Positions 20,387-31,276 of a DNA stretch of 64,000 bases are shown here, piece by piece. This stretch comes from a virus (taxonomy: Duplodnaviria; Caudoviricetes). Each line of letters begins with the position of its first letter. The stretch's first letter is position 1. The DNA is taken from IMG/VR virus record IMGVR_UViG_3300020047_013271, positions 4,476-68,475 of that record. One strand, given 5' to 3'. Under the pieces are notes generated by a model, which saw nothing but the letters and a program-made list of their open reading frames with translations, was not told where the DNA came from and made no database searches. Both the position numbers and the translations under genes were made by a program.

Positions 20387-20396
20387 AATTTAAAGA

Positions 20397-21476
20397 TTAT
20401 ATCTTATTGAGTAAGTACTCATAGAATGTTCTTCCTGTTCCGGATTCAAAGTACAAGACTAATTCATCCATTTCGTTCTGATTTTTGGCGACTTCCAAAA
20501 TTTGTTCACGCTTTCTGTTCAAAAATCTGTAATTCGAATAAATCAAATCTCCCGATGCTAATGAAGCTTTTATAACTCCTTTCATCTTAATTGTAGGGTC
20601 ATTTGTGTAATCGATATATTTCTGTGGAGTTTTGTCGCTTAGTGCTAAAATCTCTTCTTCTAACAAGTCAAGACTCCATGAATCTACGTAATTAGGAAAT
20701 TCTAAACTTGCAATGGCTCTATTTGTGATTTCGCCGACGCTGAAAACTAAGTTATTCGCCTTGATTTTTAATTTCTTGTCAGCAACAACTTGTTTCGATT
20801 TTGCTAACGGATCATATTCTTTAAAAACTACTCCATTGTGTGGGTGTATAGTAAGGAACTTTTGCAATGTGATGTTACTCGCAGGGACTTTTAGCCTTCC
20901 ATAATTGAAGATGATGTCCGAAACTAATACGGAACCAGGTTCTTTACTTTGTTTCTCCACGAAAAACGACGGTTGGTTTGTAGCATAACGCATAATGTGT
21001 ACCGTTTGCGTATCCTTATTTGTGTACTGCAATGGCATTGATTCTGTATGCTCTTTTGAAATAGATTGCGAGATTGGCTTTACTGTATCGCAAATCTCAT
21101 ATTCTCTATCTTTCATTACCCAGTTTCTAAGTTCAGGAATATCATCGATGTTATTCTCTTCCTTAAATCTTGGCTCAGGAGCTTGGTAGGTGTTTTGTGG
21201 AGGAATTTGTGCGTTTCTCAACGACTCTGCAACCATTCTAGCAACCATATCAGATACTTCAGATAATGGTATTGATTGTTCTTGTGGTTTTTGAGGAAGA
21301 ATATCCGGTTCGTCTAATCTTGAATTTGGAGTTTCGTCCGTTTCTTCTTGTGATTTAAGGTACTCCGACAACGGAATATCTCCAACGTACTTCTTGTCTA
21401 TAATCAATCCTTCGTTAACCATTTTCTTGTAAATTTTTGACAAGTGTGATGGTAATTTTACTTCTTGTGTTTCCAT
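20397..21476 (-). CDS. conserved capsid-adjacent protein of unknown function
   Basis: 359 aa directly after the capsid gene; RYATNQPSFFVEKQ and LQKFLTIHP motifs recalled from Bacteroidota podoviruses. Confidence 0.55.
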   Translation of the reverse strand: METQEVKLPSHLSKIYKKMVNEGLIIDKKYVGDIPLSEYLKSQEETDETPNSRLDEPDILPQKPQEQSIPLSEVSDMVARMVAESLRNAQIPPQNTYQAPEPRFKEENNIDDIPELRNWVMKDREYEICDTVKPISQSISKEHTESMPLQYTNKDTQTVHIMRYATNQPSFFVEKQSKEPGSVLVSDIIFNYGRLKVPASNITLQKFLTIHPHNGVVFKEYDPLAKSKQVVADKKLKIKANNLVFSVGEITNRAIASLEFPNYVDSWSLDLLEEEILALSDKTPQKYIDYTNDPTIKMKGVIKASLASGDLIYSNYRFLNRKREQILEVAKNQNEMDELVLYFESGTGRTFYEYLLNKI

Positions 21477-21506
21477 TTTTTATTTGATTTAATTAATTTT
21501 TAATTT

Positions 21507-21534
21507 AAAAAAGGCGTTATTTCTAACGCCTTTT
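21507..21534 (-). terminator. terminator after the major capsid gene
   Basis: AAAAAAGGCGTTA-loop-TAACGCCTTTT. Confidence 0.8.
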
Positions 21535-21552
21535 CATTTATTCTATAATAGC

Positions 21553-22890
21553 TTAGCCTTTAAAAAGGATCGTATTATTTCGTCCGATTAAACAAACCGC
21601 TTGCTCGCTTTGGAACTCAGTACGAATTGTATCAGAATTACTTGTTCCTTTAGCCCAGTCGAATACGCTCAATTCGTAATCACGGTTCATAGCTCCGTAT
21701 TGACGATTTCTAACGTGAATCATTGGACGAACAGAAGTTGTACCTGACATTGGGTCCAATACTGATTGAGAAGCAGAAGGAACTAAGAATCCGTTCACTT
21801 TAGTTACTCCGGCCATTGCGCCTTGAGCAGTAGCTTCTTTCAAGTACTGTAATGCTGAGTAGTTAAACTCATATCCACCCAAAGTGTACCCTTTAAAAGA
21901 TAAATCTAATGCCATGTTTGAGTCATTTTGGAATGAACCGTATGACAAACCAACTGTGTTTGTAGTTGACAAGAAATCATCTTGTGCAAAACAGAAAGCA
22001 GTAGTTCCGTAGATAATGTTATCTCTCAATTGACCTTGTTTTTCCAAACGGTCAATCATGCTTTGAGCAGCGGCTTTTGTTCCAATAGTTCCTGCGAAAA
22101 CATTTCCTTGTGCCATAGAAGCAAAAAGACCTTCACGACCTTTGAAACCAGCAGCGGCTAAATCTCCTGACCACTCTTTAGAGTTGAAGTTAGCAGATTC
22201 TCTTTTGTTTTTGAAACGTTTTTCAGCGTTATCACGGTTTACATCATACCATACATAACCAAGTGTATCTCCTGTTGCATTATCAGTAGCTTTCAACCAT
22301 GAAATCTGAGTCATGTTAGTACGGTTCTCAGAAACCATTTCTTTGGTGATTGTACCTCTTGTTGTGTATTGTTGGTATTTTGTATTCAAAGATTCTTGCA
22401 TACCTGCTGAACCTTTTGCGAATTCTGAAATATCAGCAAAACAAGAAATTCCTGTAGCTCCTAAAGCTGTCCATCCTGCTGCATCCCCACATAAAGCTGT
22501 GAAAGTTGTAGAAGTCGTAGCCGAGATACGTCCTTGTCTTGAGATAGATCCGTCAGGTAAAAATGCCTGGATAACTTCACCAATTCTGAAAGTGTGGTCA
22601 GCTAAAGTGAACACGTTTCCTGTAAGGGCAACTCCCGTAGCAAGTTGAGTTAATCTGTCTTCTTCTGTCCAAGTGATAACATCACTGGCATAAGGAATTT
22701 TACGTCCTGTTTTTTCGAACCATCCCTCAATCATTTGGCTACCATATCTCTTATGAAGAGTTTTGTCCAAATCAGGAAGTTGGTGATTACCATAGGTAAT
22801 GTCACTTAAATCTAAGTAATTAGCGGCAGTAGGTACTTTCGTTGCACTTGGTACGTATCTAACTGCGGGTGTAGTTGAAATTGCTCCCAT
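21553..22890 (-). CDS. major capsid protein
   Basis: 445 aa after portal and scaffold; LPDL..RYG..I.G..SDVITWTEEDRL N-terminus; followed by a strong terminator. Confidence 0.85.
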   Translation of the reverse strand: MGAISTTPAVRYVPSATKVPTAANYLDLSDITYGNHQLPDLDKTLHKRYGSQMIEGWFEKTGRKIPYASDVITWTEEDRLTQLATGVALTGNVFTLADHTFRIGEVIQAFLPDGSISRQGRISATTSTTFTALCGDAAGWTALGATGISCFADISEFAKGSAGMQESLNTKYQQYTTRGTITKEMVSENRTNMTQISWLKATDNATGDTLGYVWYDVNRDNAEKRFKNKRESANFNSKEWSGDLAAAGFKGREGLFASMAQGNVFAGTIGTKAAAQSMIDRLEKQGQLRDNIIYGTTAFCFAQDDFLSTTNTVGLSYGSFQNDSNMALDLSFKGYTLGGYEFNYSALQYLKEATAQGAMAGVTKVNGFLVPSASQSVLDPMSGTTSVRPMIHVRNRQYGAMNRDYELSVFDWAKGTSNSDTIRTEFQSEQAVCLIGRNNTILFKG

Positions 22891-22940
22891 TTGTTTTCTT
22901 TTTTAAAATTGTTTACTAGTTTTTGTAAACAAGAGGAAAG

Positions 22941-24053
22941 CTAATCTTTAGAGAAAGTGATACCGACTTCACGGCTGTTAGGCAAAGTCCTTACATTGTC
23001 AGGTTGAATATTTTTTGAAAGTCTATCGTTTAGTTCAAGTTCTTTTGCTCTCCCTAAATTGTATGCTTTATTCAACTCTGCTTTATAATTTTTGGCCATG
23101 TACATTGCTTCATGATATCCTTTTGGGTCAACTAATTGACCGGTATTTTCATCTAAAAAACCTTTTATAAGATTGTTCGAGTCTAATTGAAACTCTTTCA
23201 CTTCTTTAAGATTATCCGGTTTAATGGAGATTTCTTCAAAACCAATTTTCTCATCGCCCAGTTTGATTTTGAAACCTTCAAAATTGCTGTTAAATAAAGA
23301 CTCAGTTTTAGAAATAAAATCGTTTCGAGAAGTTTCTCTCTCAATCGAATATGCTTCTTCCTGCTGTTGTTGACTTTCTAAGAGTTTCTTTGCTTCTCGA
23401 TACTCTAAGGGAATATGCTCGTCAGAACCTCCAACGGCGCTAAACTCCTCTTTTCGTTTTTCGAAAAACTCGTTTGCTCTTTTCAAATCAGATTTAACAT
23501 TGATACCTTTTTCTAAGATTTCATCTTCGTCGTCCTCTTCGTCAAGACCATCAACGTTATATTTTTTGTTATACAAGTGATTTACTTCTCTTTCAGTAAG
23601 TTCAGGGTTGGATAGTTTTATGTAGTTTTTAAGTACATTATCAGCACTTTCCGTACTCCAATCTTTCTGAGTTTCTAAGAAATCATTGTAATTTTTATTA
23701 CCCGTTTTTTCAATGAACTCACTAAATTTCTCCATCTCAGGAGCATATCTTTTCTGCTCTTTTGGCGTAAGCGAATCCTTAAATTCCTCAACCGTCATTC
23801 CTTTTGATTCTGCTAAGAATTCAAGTGCTAAATCTTCATTTAACTCTCTTTCCTCATACTCATCTTCCGGCTCTTGTTCTATGATAACTTCTTCTTCCGT
23901 AATGATTTCATCGTTTGGAATAATCTCGGAATCCAAAGGATTATCTATTTCTGCTACTTTTAAATCTGAATCGTCCGCATTAGAAAAACTAATGGTACTT
24001 TCCGGAGTTTCAGCCGTAACTATCTCGTTAATAATTTCTTCGTCTTGTGGCAT
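22941..24053 (-). CDS. capsid scaffolding protein
   Basis: Highly acidic, helical 370 aa between portal and capsid genes. Confidence 0.75.
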   Translation of the reverse strand: MPQDEEIINEIVTAETPESTISFSNADDSDLKVAEIDNPLDSEIIPNDEIITEEEVIIEQEPEDEYEERELNEDLALEFLAESKGMTVEEFKDSLTPKEQKRYAPEMEKFSEFIEKTGNKNYNDFLETQKDWSTESADNVLKNYIKLSNPELTEREVNHLYNKKYNVDGLDEEDDEDEILEKGINVKSDLKRANEFFEKRKEEFSAVGGSDEHIPLEYREAKKLLESQQQQEEAYSIERETSRNDFISKTESLFNSNFEGFKIKLGDEKIGFEEISIKPDNLKEVKEFQLDSNNLIKGFLDENTGQLVDPKGYHEAMYMAKNYKAELNKAYNLGRAKELELNDRLSKNIQPDNVRTLPNSREVGITFSKD

Positions 24054-24081
24054 GTTTGAAAATTTGATTTGATTTATAGTA

Positions 24082-24123
24082 CAAATGTAAATAATAAACG
24101 ATTACAATCGTTTGTTGTCGTTT
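24082..24123 (-). promoter_or_regulatory. late-type promoter for the scaffold/capsid operon
   Basis: CAAATGTA-N6-AAACGATTACAATCGTTTGTTGTCGTTT on + strand. Confidence 0.7.
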
Positions 24124-24182
24124 ATTATTTACATAGTTTTTTCTTGATTTTGATAAAACCTCTAAATTATTATTTAAAATAA

Positions 24183-24713
24183 CTATGCTTTCTTCTTATC
24201 AGAGTCTTTTTTAACAGGAGTAAGCGTTATTCCTGAATTACTTTTTTTAGAAGGAATCACCGGCATATCTTTTTCAAGAGGTTTCATTCTTTGGTAGCTA
24301 TCTACACTTGGAGCATTGCCATCGGGAGCGTATTTATCCGTGTAGTCAGAAGTTTTGGTCATTGTTCTTCCTCTTAGAACTTGTGGATTTCCCTCTTTTA
24401 CTCGTGTCTTATTTGCTTCGACATTTCCGGCTCTTCTTTGGTCAACAATATCCATTCCCATGAATTTTGCTTTTTTAGCGCCGGCAACACTATCCTTAGA
24501 AGCCATCGCTTCAATTTCTACTTTCTTTTTATTGAATGCAGAAATTCCATCAATTTCTTTAACAACAGCAGACGAAAGTCTTTTTGGGTCGTATCCTTCT
24601 TCTTTGGCATCTACAACAGTTTCTTTGTCATAGATTCCTTTTTTAGCTTCTTCAGCTTCTACATTTCCCTTTTTGGGAACTTTTACCATTATTTTTTTCT
24701 TCTTGTCAGGCAT
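24183..24713 (-). CDS. Lys-rich hypothetical protein
   Basis: 176-aa ORF directly after portal. Confidence 0.55.
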   Translation of the reverse strand: MPDKKKKIMVKVPKKGNVEAEEAKKGIYDKETVVDAKEEGYDPKRLSSAVVKEIDGISAFNKKKVEIEAMASKDSVAGAKKAKFMGMDIVDQRRAGNVEANKTRVKEGNPQVLRGRTMTKTSDYTDKYAPDGNAPSVDSYQRMKPLEKDMPVIPSKKSNSGITLTPVKKDSDKKKA

Positions 24714-24724
24714 CTTATTGTTTT

Positions 24725-27157
24725 TTATTGGTTAAATATTTCCATTTCTGCCTTTTCGCTTTCAAAGTCGATTGGGTCTTTTTCTTTTGCTTTTTGATCG
24801 GCGATTCGGCTTGTATGCGTAGCGGCGACGGCAAGGTTTTTTTCTTTATCAGATTGCATTTTATTTAGCTTCTCAGTAGCGCCCGCATTTATGATGTATT
24901 GAAGATTAATGCTATTTTCTCCTTTAAGAGTTTCAGTCAATCTATCTTGTTCTCCACGAACTTTTTCTTTAGCAATTTCTCCATCAGCTATTGCTTGTTG
25001 TTTTTGAGCGTCAAGTTGTCCTTGCATTTGAGCCGTTTGTTGTTTAAACTGTTCGGATTGTTGGCTTGCACGGATATTTTCGTCGGCTTGCATTTTGAAT
25101 TTCTGTGCCTCTTGCTCCTGAGTTACTTTAGCACGTTTTTTAATCAAAATTGATAAATACTGAATAGCAAGGTTCAAAACTTTGAAGTTTCTAATTTTGT
25201 ACTTATCATCCAATCCAATATATCCTTTTTCAATAGCCAATGATAAATCTTGGTCAAGCATAGCACGCTCTTCTTCATCCATTTCTAATTCATAGAATAT
25301 GGCGAAATCACTTAAATGCAAATCTTTTACATAGTCTAAATCTTCTACGGCAGTAGCTCCTATTTTATTGATAAGGTCATTACGTAGGCTTGGGTAGTAT
25401 TTTAGAATATCTGAGATTCTATAACTTGCGGCTTCGGCAGTTTTCAACGTAATGTATCCGGCGGCGTCAAGAATATGTCTTGTGGCTAAATTTGAATTGT
25501 AAGCAGCCATCTTTTGAATTCCTACCAAACTATCTTTATCAGGGTTAGTAGCATCGCTTGCTTTATTTAATCCTACTACGTCAGTCAATTGGGATAGATA
25601 GAAATTATTTTCGTTACGTAAAGCAGTCAATTTATTGATACTATCTCCGGTCACAATCTCCTGGAAAGGTTTTTGAGCCGGATTATAATCTCCTCCAATT
25701 GTTGATGAATCGTATAAGTAACTACCTTTTTGCAAGTACATATTAAAAGCTTCTTGCGGATCCTGAGTATTACCATCACCTAAGTTGAGTGAAGCTAATG
25801 CAGCCACATCAATAGCGATACCGTCCGGCGTAATACCTTGAATGATTTGTTCGGCTTTTAGTTCTGTAATGTTTCGCTTGTCTTCAATAGGCATCATTCG
25901 GGAAATCAAACTTGAGATATATCCGTTTTGATAGTTTGGAGCAACGCCAATGTATTGTTCACAAACTTTTTGCTTATTAGATTTAGGGCGTGCCATTGAT
26001 TTTGCTAATTCCCATTTCAATAGGATATTAGTTCCCAAAACCATTACTCCCTCAAATAAAACTTCATCTACAATAGAACTTCTTACGTATCTGTCTTTTT
26101 TGTTCTTTTTAGATTCGTCGAAAAACTCGCTGGCATCATCAATAATAACTTCTCCGTTATTTAGCTTTTTGATTTTCTTTGCTGTTTCACGGTTCGTTTT
26201 ATACGTAAAGTAGAGTAGGTTAGTAGTACCTTTTAAGCTATTTGTCTGAGTGAAATTTTGTGAATTTGCCCATGAAGTTCCGGAGTTCATAATCTCCTCA
26301 CGAACTTCTTTATTGTTCTCCGTCATTAAGTTTGGATACTCTACAAATATGTCGCTTACTAATGTTTTTTGAACATGACCTTTGTAAAAGCAATCTCTAA
26401 AATATGGGTCAGTAGTTTCGGAGTAAACCATGTCAATCGGGTCAACATATTCTATCAAAATTCCTTTGCTTGCGTTGAAACGATTGCGAACCCATGCAAC
26501 TCCTAATTCCACCAAATCTCTTTTAACCAAACGGTCTGTAGTCAAGTTATACGCATTCTCTTCCATTACAGTAGCTATTGCTAACTGATTTGAAAGACAA
26601 TTAGAAGGTTTCCATTCCATTTGTAAGTGAATGTCTAATTCTTCTTTATTTAAAGGGATTTCGTCAATAGGCATACTTGCAATATCCATCCCAAAATCTT
26701 CTTTAGCCTTTTTGATAATTGGTAAAGTGTTTTGGTCAGATTCTATACGTTTTCTATACGCTTGCTTATTGTCCTGAGATACGGGGTCTATTGCTTTGGC
26801 GACAATACTGTACGGTCTGTTTACCATTCCGTTGACAACTAAATCAACGATTTTAGGCAAAGTAGAAAGTGATTTTTTACTCAAATTAAGTAATGAAACG
26901 TCGCCGTTTGTACCTAACATTGGGTAGTATTTCTCCATTTTTACTTTCCCACTGGCATAAACTCTACGCTCCAAGAATTCACTTTGATTAGCGTAAAAAC
27001 GAGATTTCCCTACTCCTCCGGTATGAAACCACTCCGATACAATAACATTCCCAACAGCCTTTCCAAAAGCAGGGCTTGATTTCTTTTCAAAACTATCCAA
27101 GTGGCTTGGGTAAGATATGTTTTGTGATATTTTGTACTCGCTTTTTTCTGCTCCCAT
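24725..27157 (-). CDS. portal protein
   Basis: 810 aa directly after terminase; PKIVDLVVNGM and C-terminal Gln-rich coiled coil typical of P22/crAss-like portals. Confidence 0.85.
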   Translation of the reverse strand: MGAEKSEYKISQNISYPSHLDSFEKKSSPAFGKAVGNVIVSEWFHTGGVGKSRFYANQSEFLERRVYASGKVKMEKYYPMLGTNGDVSLLNLSKKSLSTLPKIVDLVVNGMVNRPYSIVAKAIDPVSQDNKQAYRKRIESDQNTLPIIKKAKEDFGMDIASMPIDEIPLNKEELDIHLQMEWKPSNCLSNQLAIATVMEENAYNLTTDRLVKRDLVELGVAWVRNRFNASKGILIEYVDPIDMVYSETTDPYFRDCFYKGHVQKTLVSDIFVEYPNLMTENNKEVREEIMNSGTSWANSQNFTQTNSLKGTTNLLYFTYKTNRETAKKIKKLNNGEVIIDDASEFFDESKKNKKDRYVRSSIVDEVLFEGVMVLGTNILLKWELAKSMARPKSNKQKVCEQYIGVAPNYQNGYISSLISRMMPIEDKRNITELKAEQIIQGITPDGIAIDVAALASLNLGDGNTQDPQEAFNMYLQKGSYLYDSSTIGGDYNPAQKPFQEIVTGDSINKLTALRNENNFYLSQLTDVVGLNKASDATNPDKDSLVGIQKMAAYNSNLATRHILDAAGYITLKTAEAASYRISDILKYYPSLRNDLINKIGATAVEDLDYVKDLHLSDFAIFYELEMDEEERAMLDQDLSLAIEKGYIGLDDKYKIRNFKVLNLAIQYLSILIKKRAKVTQEQEAQKFKMQADENIRASQQSEQFKQQTAQMQGQLDAQKQQAIADGEIAKEKVRGEQDRLTETLKGENSINLQYIINAGATEKLNKMQSDKEKNLAVAATHTSRIADQKAKEKDPIDFESEKAEMEIFNQ

Positions 27158-27158
27158 T

Positions 27159-29816
27159 TTAGTTGGTGTATTGTTTGAATTTTATACTTACTGCTTTTGT
27201 TGCTCCTTTTGGTTCCATATAAGGCTTTCGGTTTACAGCCATGATTGCGTAACCTGATGCTATTGTTGCATCAAAATCTGTTCTCTTTGCTACATTGAAT
27301 TTTGACCAATCTCTCAAAGTCCTATCGAACGGCATCGAACCCATTTCTCCCTCTTCTCTTATTGCAAATGTGTTTTGACCTTGTACATAGTTTCCAACGT
27401 ATTTATCGATGTAACTTTCAATTCCAGTCCAGTGTGCATTAATAATCTCTTGTCCGGAACTCGGCGCTCCTCCCAAATCTCGTTCAGTCTGAGAAAGCTT
27501 ATTCATTGGTTTATCAAAACGATTGATAGAATATCCTCGATAACCTCTATTTCTAAAGTGTAATAAGAATCGAGTTTTGTTACTCTCAATCAAAGCCGGC
27601 ATACTGTAAAACACACAAGCCATTAAGCAATCCTCAAAGAATATCTCAGCAGTTTGCGGTCTTGTAATGTATTCTAAGAAGAAGAAATTACTCGGAGCAT
27701 CACGCATAGTAGTTCGGGTTAATCCTAACATTGCTCCTTTCGAACCTCCGCTATATTCTGATCCGTTTTCTGTATCTTCAAGTTTACTTCCTTGTACAGA
27801 ATCTTGGTCATACGTATCGACTCCAAAAGCGCCTAAATCATCATTTTCCGGATGCTTGCATACATGGCCAAACTCATTTCTTCTATTCACCCATTTATTA
27901 CGCATATCCTCCGGCGGTATCCACCCAACAAGAAAACGTCCTTTTTCAGTTGGAGTCCAAATCACTTTTGTGTCCGGCATGTTATTTTCCCAAGAGAAGT
28001 TTCCACGGGTTAATGTTTTTCGAACATCGTATAATTCGTTATGCTCTAATTGGGCATTTATTTTTTCTTCGTCGAAAATCGATGAAACTGATTCATCCCT
28101 AAAAGCATCTACTTTTGTAATCGGGTCCAATCTCCTGGCATTCCAATAGTTCTTTTCTCCAAGTAGTCTTGCTGACTTGAATTCATTTTCTAAGTACTGT
28201 AATGCTCCGTAGAGTTTTAGTTCTCCTTGAGCATTCACAAAGCTTTTTCCAGTTTCTACTACTGAATGACAAACTCCATACTTATCCGTATAATCTTCGG
28301 CATTTTGATGGGCCGGTAAGAAATAAGCGTATAGTCCGGTGATAGTTCTTCCGTTATCATTACGCTTCATTACATTCGAACCTATGTCCATTAATTTAAA
28401 ATCACTACCTCCTTTATTTAGCGGATTTACTGTTGAGCCAATGAATGCTTTTCCAATAACTCTACCCCCTTGAATCATAGTAGGTTTGATATTCGCCCAA
28501 TGCGATAAATAACTTAAATACTCCCATTTTGAAGCCTCATCACCTAAGTACATGTCAAGTTTTACGGAGTCATAAGAAAGTACGGCAGTAGCCCTGTAAT
28601 CGACTGTTGTGTTTAGATAATCAGAAGTTGATGTGTCTTTAGTTTTTTTAGCTGCTCTCGAATTATCCGACGGCTTCCCAAATACCATTTTCTTAATATC
28701 ATCGATTTTACCTTTCACTACCGGTTGGAAGAAAAATGGTAAATTCTGAATTACATACGAGTATTTTTGAAAAGCAACCGCAGCATCTATATCACTCTTA
28801 GAAGTGATTCCTATTTTTTGATTTTTGGTCGTTGTAGATAATTGTACCAAATGGTCTAATGCCATCTCGGTAAATCCGGTACGACGTCCTTTGGTAAAGA
28901 ACATTCCGATACATCTTTTGTCCATAAGGCAAGCTTTAGCGAAATAATACATATTCGCTTGTGCCATTCTGAACTCTTTGTATCCGCCGGTATCCGCCAT
29001 TTGATTCCATTGCATTCCCATGTAATGCTCCGGAGTAAGGTAAACTGCCTTTCCGTTATTCATGAACCAAACTCCTTCACGACGGCGTTTGAATTCCTTT
29101 AAAATAAACTCTGCAAAAGCTTCTTCGGTATCCGGATTAAGGCCTTTTGGCATCTCTGCTCTTCTCCAATATTGTTGCTCTTTTGGGAGCCTATGATATA
29201 GAATTTCTGTTTGTTTTGGCTTTTTAGGAAGCATGATATTCAATCCGTCCAAAGTGATAATTTCACCTTTCGTACCTAACGGGCAAATCATTACACTATC
29301 CGTTTCTACATCATACCATTCTTTGTGGTAGTTTTTGATAGGGTAGAACTCTTGGTTAGCAAATTTCTCCGGATAACCACGCTTAAAATCTCTTTCGGCC
29401 AAGTCAAATTTATCGGCTTCGATTTGGTTTCGTAGCTCTAAATTTCCGGAGTTTATATCCGTTATGGCTTTTAAAATGATTGGTTTAGAGCGAATAGCAT
29501 TACCGTACTTTTCGGCGTCTAATTCGCTAAAATTGATTTTCTTTTTTAGGGCTTTTCTCAGTACTTCAATAGAGTTTTCTCCAGCGCTGACTAATTCAAT
29601 AATGTAGCTTTTTAACTTTTCATGACTCGGAGAATTTGGTGAGTTTTGCCAAGTGACCAAAAGTTCTTTAATCGCAGAAAACGAATCAATCCTTGATTTC
29701 ACTAATGTAGATAGCTTATCATCATCAACTTTTGACAAGTCAACGTTCAACTCCATACCAACTAAGGCATTTTGTATTGATAATTCTATTTCTTCACTCA
29801 ATCCTTTCATATACAC
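27159..29816 (-). CDS. terL: terminase large subunit with N-terminal helical extension
   Basis: Walker A KGRRTGFT, Walker B YLGDEASKW, C-terminal RNase H-like GVDTYD...D nuclease domain. Confidence 0.9.
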   Translation of the reverse strand: MYMKGLSEEIELSIQNALVGMELNVDLSKVDDDKLSTLVKSRIDSFSAIKELLVTWQNSPNSPSHEKLKSYIIELVSAGENSIEVLRKALKKKINFSELDAEKYGNAIRSKPIILKAITDINSGNLELRNQIEADKFDLAERDFKRGYPEKFANQEFYPIKNYHKEWYDVETDSVMICPLGTKGEIITLDGLNIMLPKKPKQTEILYHRLPKEQQYWRRAEMPKGLNPDTEEAFAEFILKEFKRRREGVWFMNNGKAVYLTPEHYMGMQWNQMADTGGYKEFRMAQANMYYFAKACLMDKRCIGMFFTKGRRTGFTEMALDHLVQLSTTTKNQKIGITSKSDIDAAVAFQKYSYVIQNLPFFFQPVVKGKIDDIKKMVFGKPSDNSRAAKKTKDTSTSDYLNTTVDYRATAVLSYDSVKLDMYLGDEASKWEYLSYLSHWANIKPTMIQGGRVIGKAFIGSTVNPLNKGGSDFKLMDIGSNVMKRNDNGRTITGLYAYFLPAHQNAEDYTDKYGVCHSVVETGKSFVNAQGELKLYGALQYLENEFKSARLLGEKNYWNARRLDPITKVDAFRDESVSSIFDEEKINAQLEHNELYDVRKTLTRGNFSWENNMPDTKVIWTPTEKGRFLVGWIPPEDMRNKWVNRRNEFGHVCKHPENDDLGAFGVDTYDQDSVQGSKLEDTENGSEYSGGSKGAMLGLTRTTMRDAPSNFFFLEYITRPQTAEIFFEDCLMACVFYSMPALIESNKTRFLLHFRNRGYRGYSINRFDKPMNKLSQTERDLGGAPSSGQEIINAHWTGIESYIDKYVGNYVQGQNTFAIREEGEMGSMPFDRTLRDWSKFNVAKRTDFDATIASGYAIMAVNRKPYMEPKGATKAVSIKFKQYTN

Positions 29817-29857
29817 AAAGATATAAATTTAACGCTTACAAACGTTTGTTGTCGTTT
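29816..29857 (-). promoter_or_regulatory. late-type promoter for terminase/portal
   Basis: CAAAGATA-N6-TAACGCTTACAAACGTTTGTTGTCGTTT on + strand. Confidence 0.75.
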
Positions 29858-29875
29858 AAAAATGGCAAACGCAAA

Positions 29876-30439
29876 TTATATTTCTAATTTTGCAAGGATT
29901 CTACTTGTTCTCATTCGATACAATCGCTCGTTATCGATATTAAATTCGTACTCACAATCAGTACCGAAAGCTATTTTATCCCCAACGTTAATCCCTTGTT
30001 TTAAGAGGATATCATTAGTGTACTTTACAAATCCTACGTGTTCTAATTCTGTGGCTCCAATCCACTTCTTTTCCTCTACTATTGGGGAGATGAACACATA
30101 TTCGTCAACGGCGATTTTATCTTCTCCTCGAATGATTAAAAATATCAATTCTGGCAAAACTTGGAAAAGATTATCTTTAATATGAAAATCAGATTCTCTC
30201 GTCAACCCTTGTCCGTCAAAATACGTTCTGAAAATATTGTGTTGCACAACTACATGGTCGTCAACTTGGATATTTCCTTCATAATTTAATGGGAGCGAAA
30301 CTACTACACCTATACGATTTACATTTGAAGCGTGTTCTATTGAAGTATTGGTGATAAGAGTTTTACCGCCTACTTGCTTAGTATTTATGAATTTCTCCCC
30401 ATTCAAAGGAGATACGATAAACTTGCTTGGCATTCTCAT
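29876..30439 (-). CDS. GroES-like co-chaperonin (tandem GroES-like folds)
   Basis: FIVSPL...GVVVSLP...IQVDDHVVV and a second half GFVKY...GINVGDKIAF...EYEF.ID.E.LYRM. Confidence 0.6.
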   Translation of the reverse strand: MRMPSKFIVSPLNGEKFINTKQVGGKTLITNTSIEHASNVNRIGVVVSLPLNYEGNIQVDDHVVVQHNIFRTYFDGQGLTRESDFHIKDNLFQVLPELIFLIIRGEDKIAVDEYVFISPIVEEKKWIGATELEHVGFVKYTNDILLKQGINVGDKIAFGTDCEYEFNIDNERLYRMRTSRILAKLEI

Positions 30440-30441
30440 AA

Positions 30442-30681
30442 TTAGTCGATAAAATATTGAACGTTTATTCTATCGCTTTTTGCGATGTCATTCCAATGCT
30501 GCATTTTTTCTCCGGAACCAATGTAGATTTCGTAGCAAGTTTCAGTCGCTATGATTTCAAAAATGGTTCTTTTCTCGTATTTACCATTTATGGGTAAATT
30601 TCTCTCTTGGCCAACGGTATAAACGAAAGGCTCTCTTCCGTGAATAGTTTCTGTGATTTGTCTGATTCTGTTATTACTCAT
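30442..30681 (-). CDS. conserved small phage protein
   Basis: 79 aa; recalled as the usual neighbour of the GroES-like gene in related phages. Confidence 0.5.
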   Translation of the reverse strand: MSNNRIRQITETIHGREPFVYTVGQERNLPINGKYEKRTIFEIIATETCYEIYIGSGEKMQHWNDIAKSDRINVQYFID

Positions 30682-30703
30682 GATATTATTTTATTTAATT
30701 ATG

Positions 30704-31273
30704 TTACGAACAATCTATTACTCCGATTACTTCTCCCGAAGAGTTTATTTGGTATCCAAAAGCCAATGAAATCCAATAATAAGTACCATCGCCTATAAAT
30801 GGTGATGAAAGTCCTGAATTATTATGAATTATATCCCCCAAAATTGGGAACGGTCTAACTGCATATAATGACAAAGGATACGTTGATGGTATTGATGATG
30901 ATGAACAAGCCAAATATGGCGTACTATTACTGAAATTGATGTTATAATACGGTTCCGGACTTGGGCCTATTGAGCAACTTGTGATATTCGATACATAACC
31001 TGAACTATCTATTTGCATCGAAACTCCGTCGGCGCCGTATTGATACCACAAACCATAACCTACAAACGGATTTGTCAGAGCAGATTCGGTAAAAACTCTT
31101 ATCCCTGAAGTAATAGAACTTGCAGATGAAAACAGCGATGTAGGGAATATAGTTTCGTCACAAGCCAATGATGCTGAAGTTCTTCCGGTGGTCGAAAATC
31201 CATACTCGTAGTAAACTCCTGGAGCCGAAACTTCATTCACAATACTTAGAATCATTTTTTTAAATGGGTGCAT
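30704..31273 (-). CDS. tail-fibre-associated protein with internal duplication
   Basis: Two similar halves (S.A..AC ... PF.G...Y ... QI.SSG.V..I..C). Confidence 0.5.
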   Translation of the reverse strand: MHPFKKMILSIVNEVSAPGVYYEYGFSTTGRTSASLACDETIFPTSLFSSASSITSGIRVFTESALTNPFVGYGLWYQYGADGVSMQIDSSGYVSNITSCSIGPSPEPYYNINFSNSTPYLACSSSSIPSTYPLSLYAVRPFPILGDIIHNNSGLSSPFIGDGTYYWISLAFGYQINSSGEVIGVIDCS

Positions 31274-31276
31274 AGC

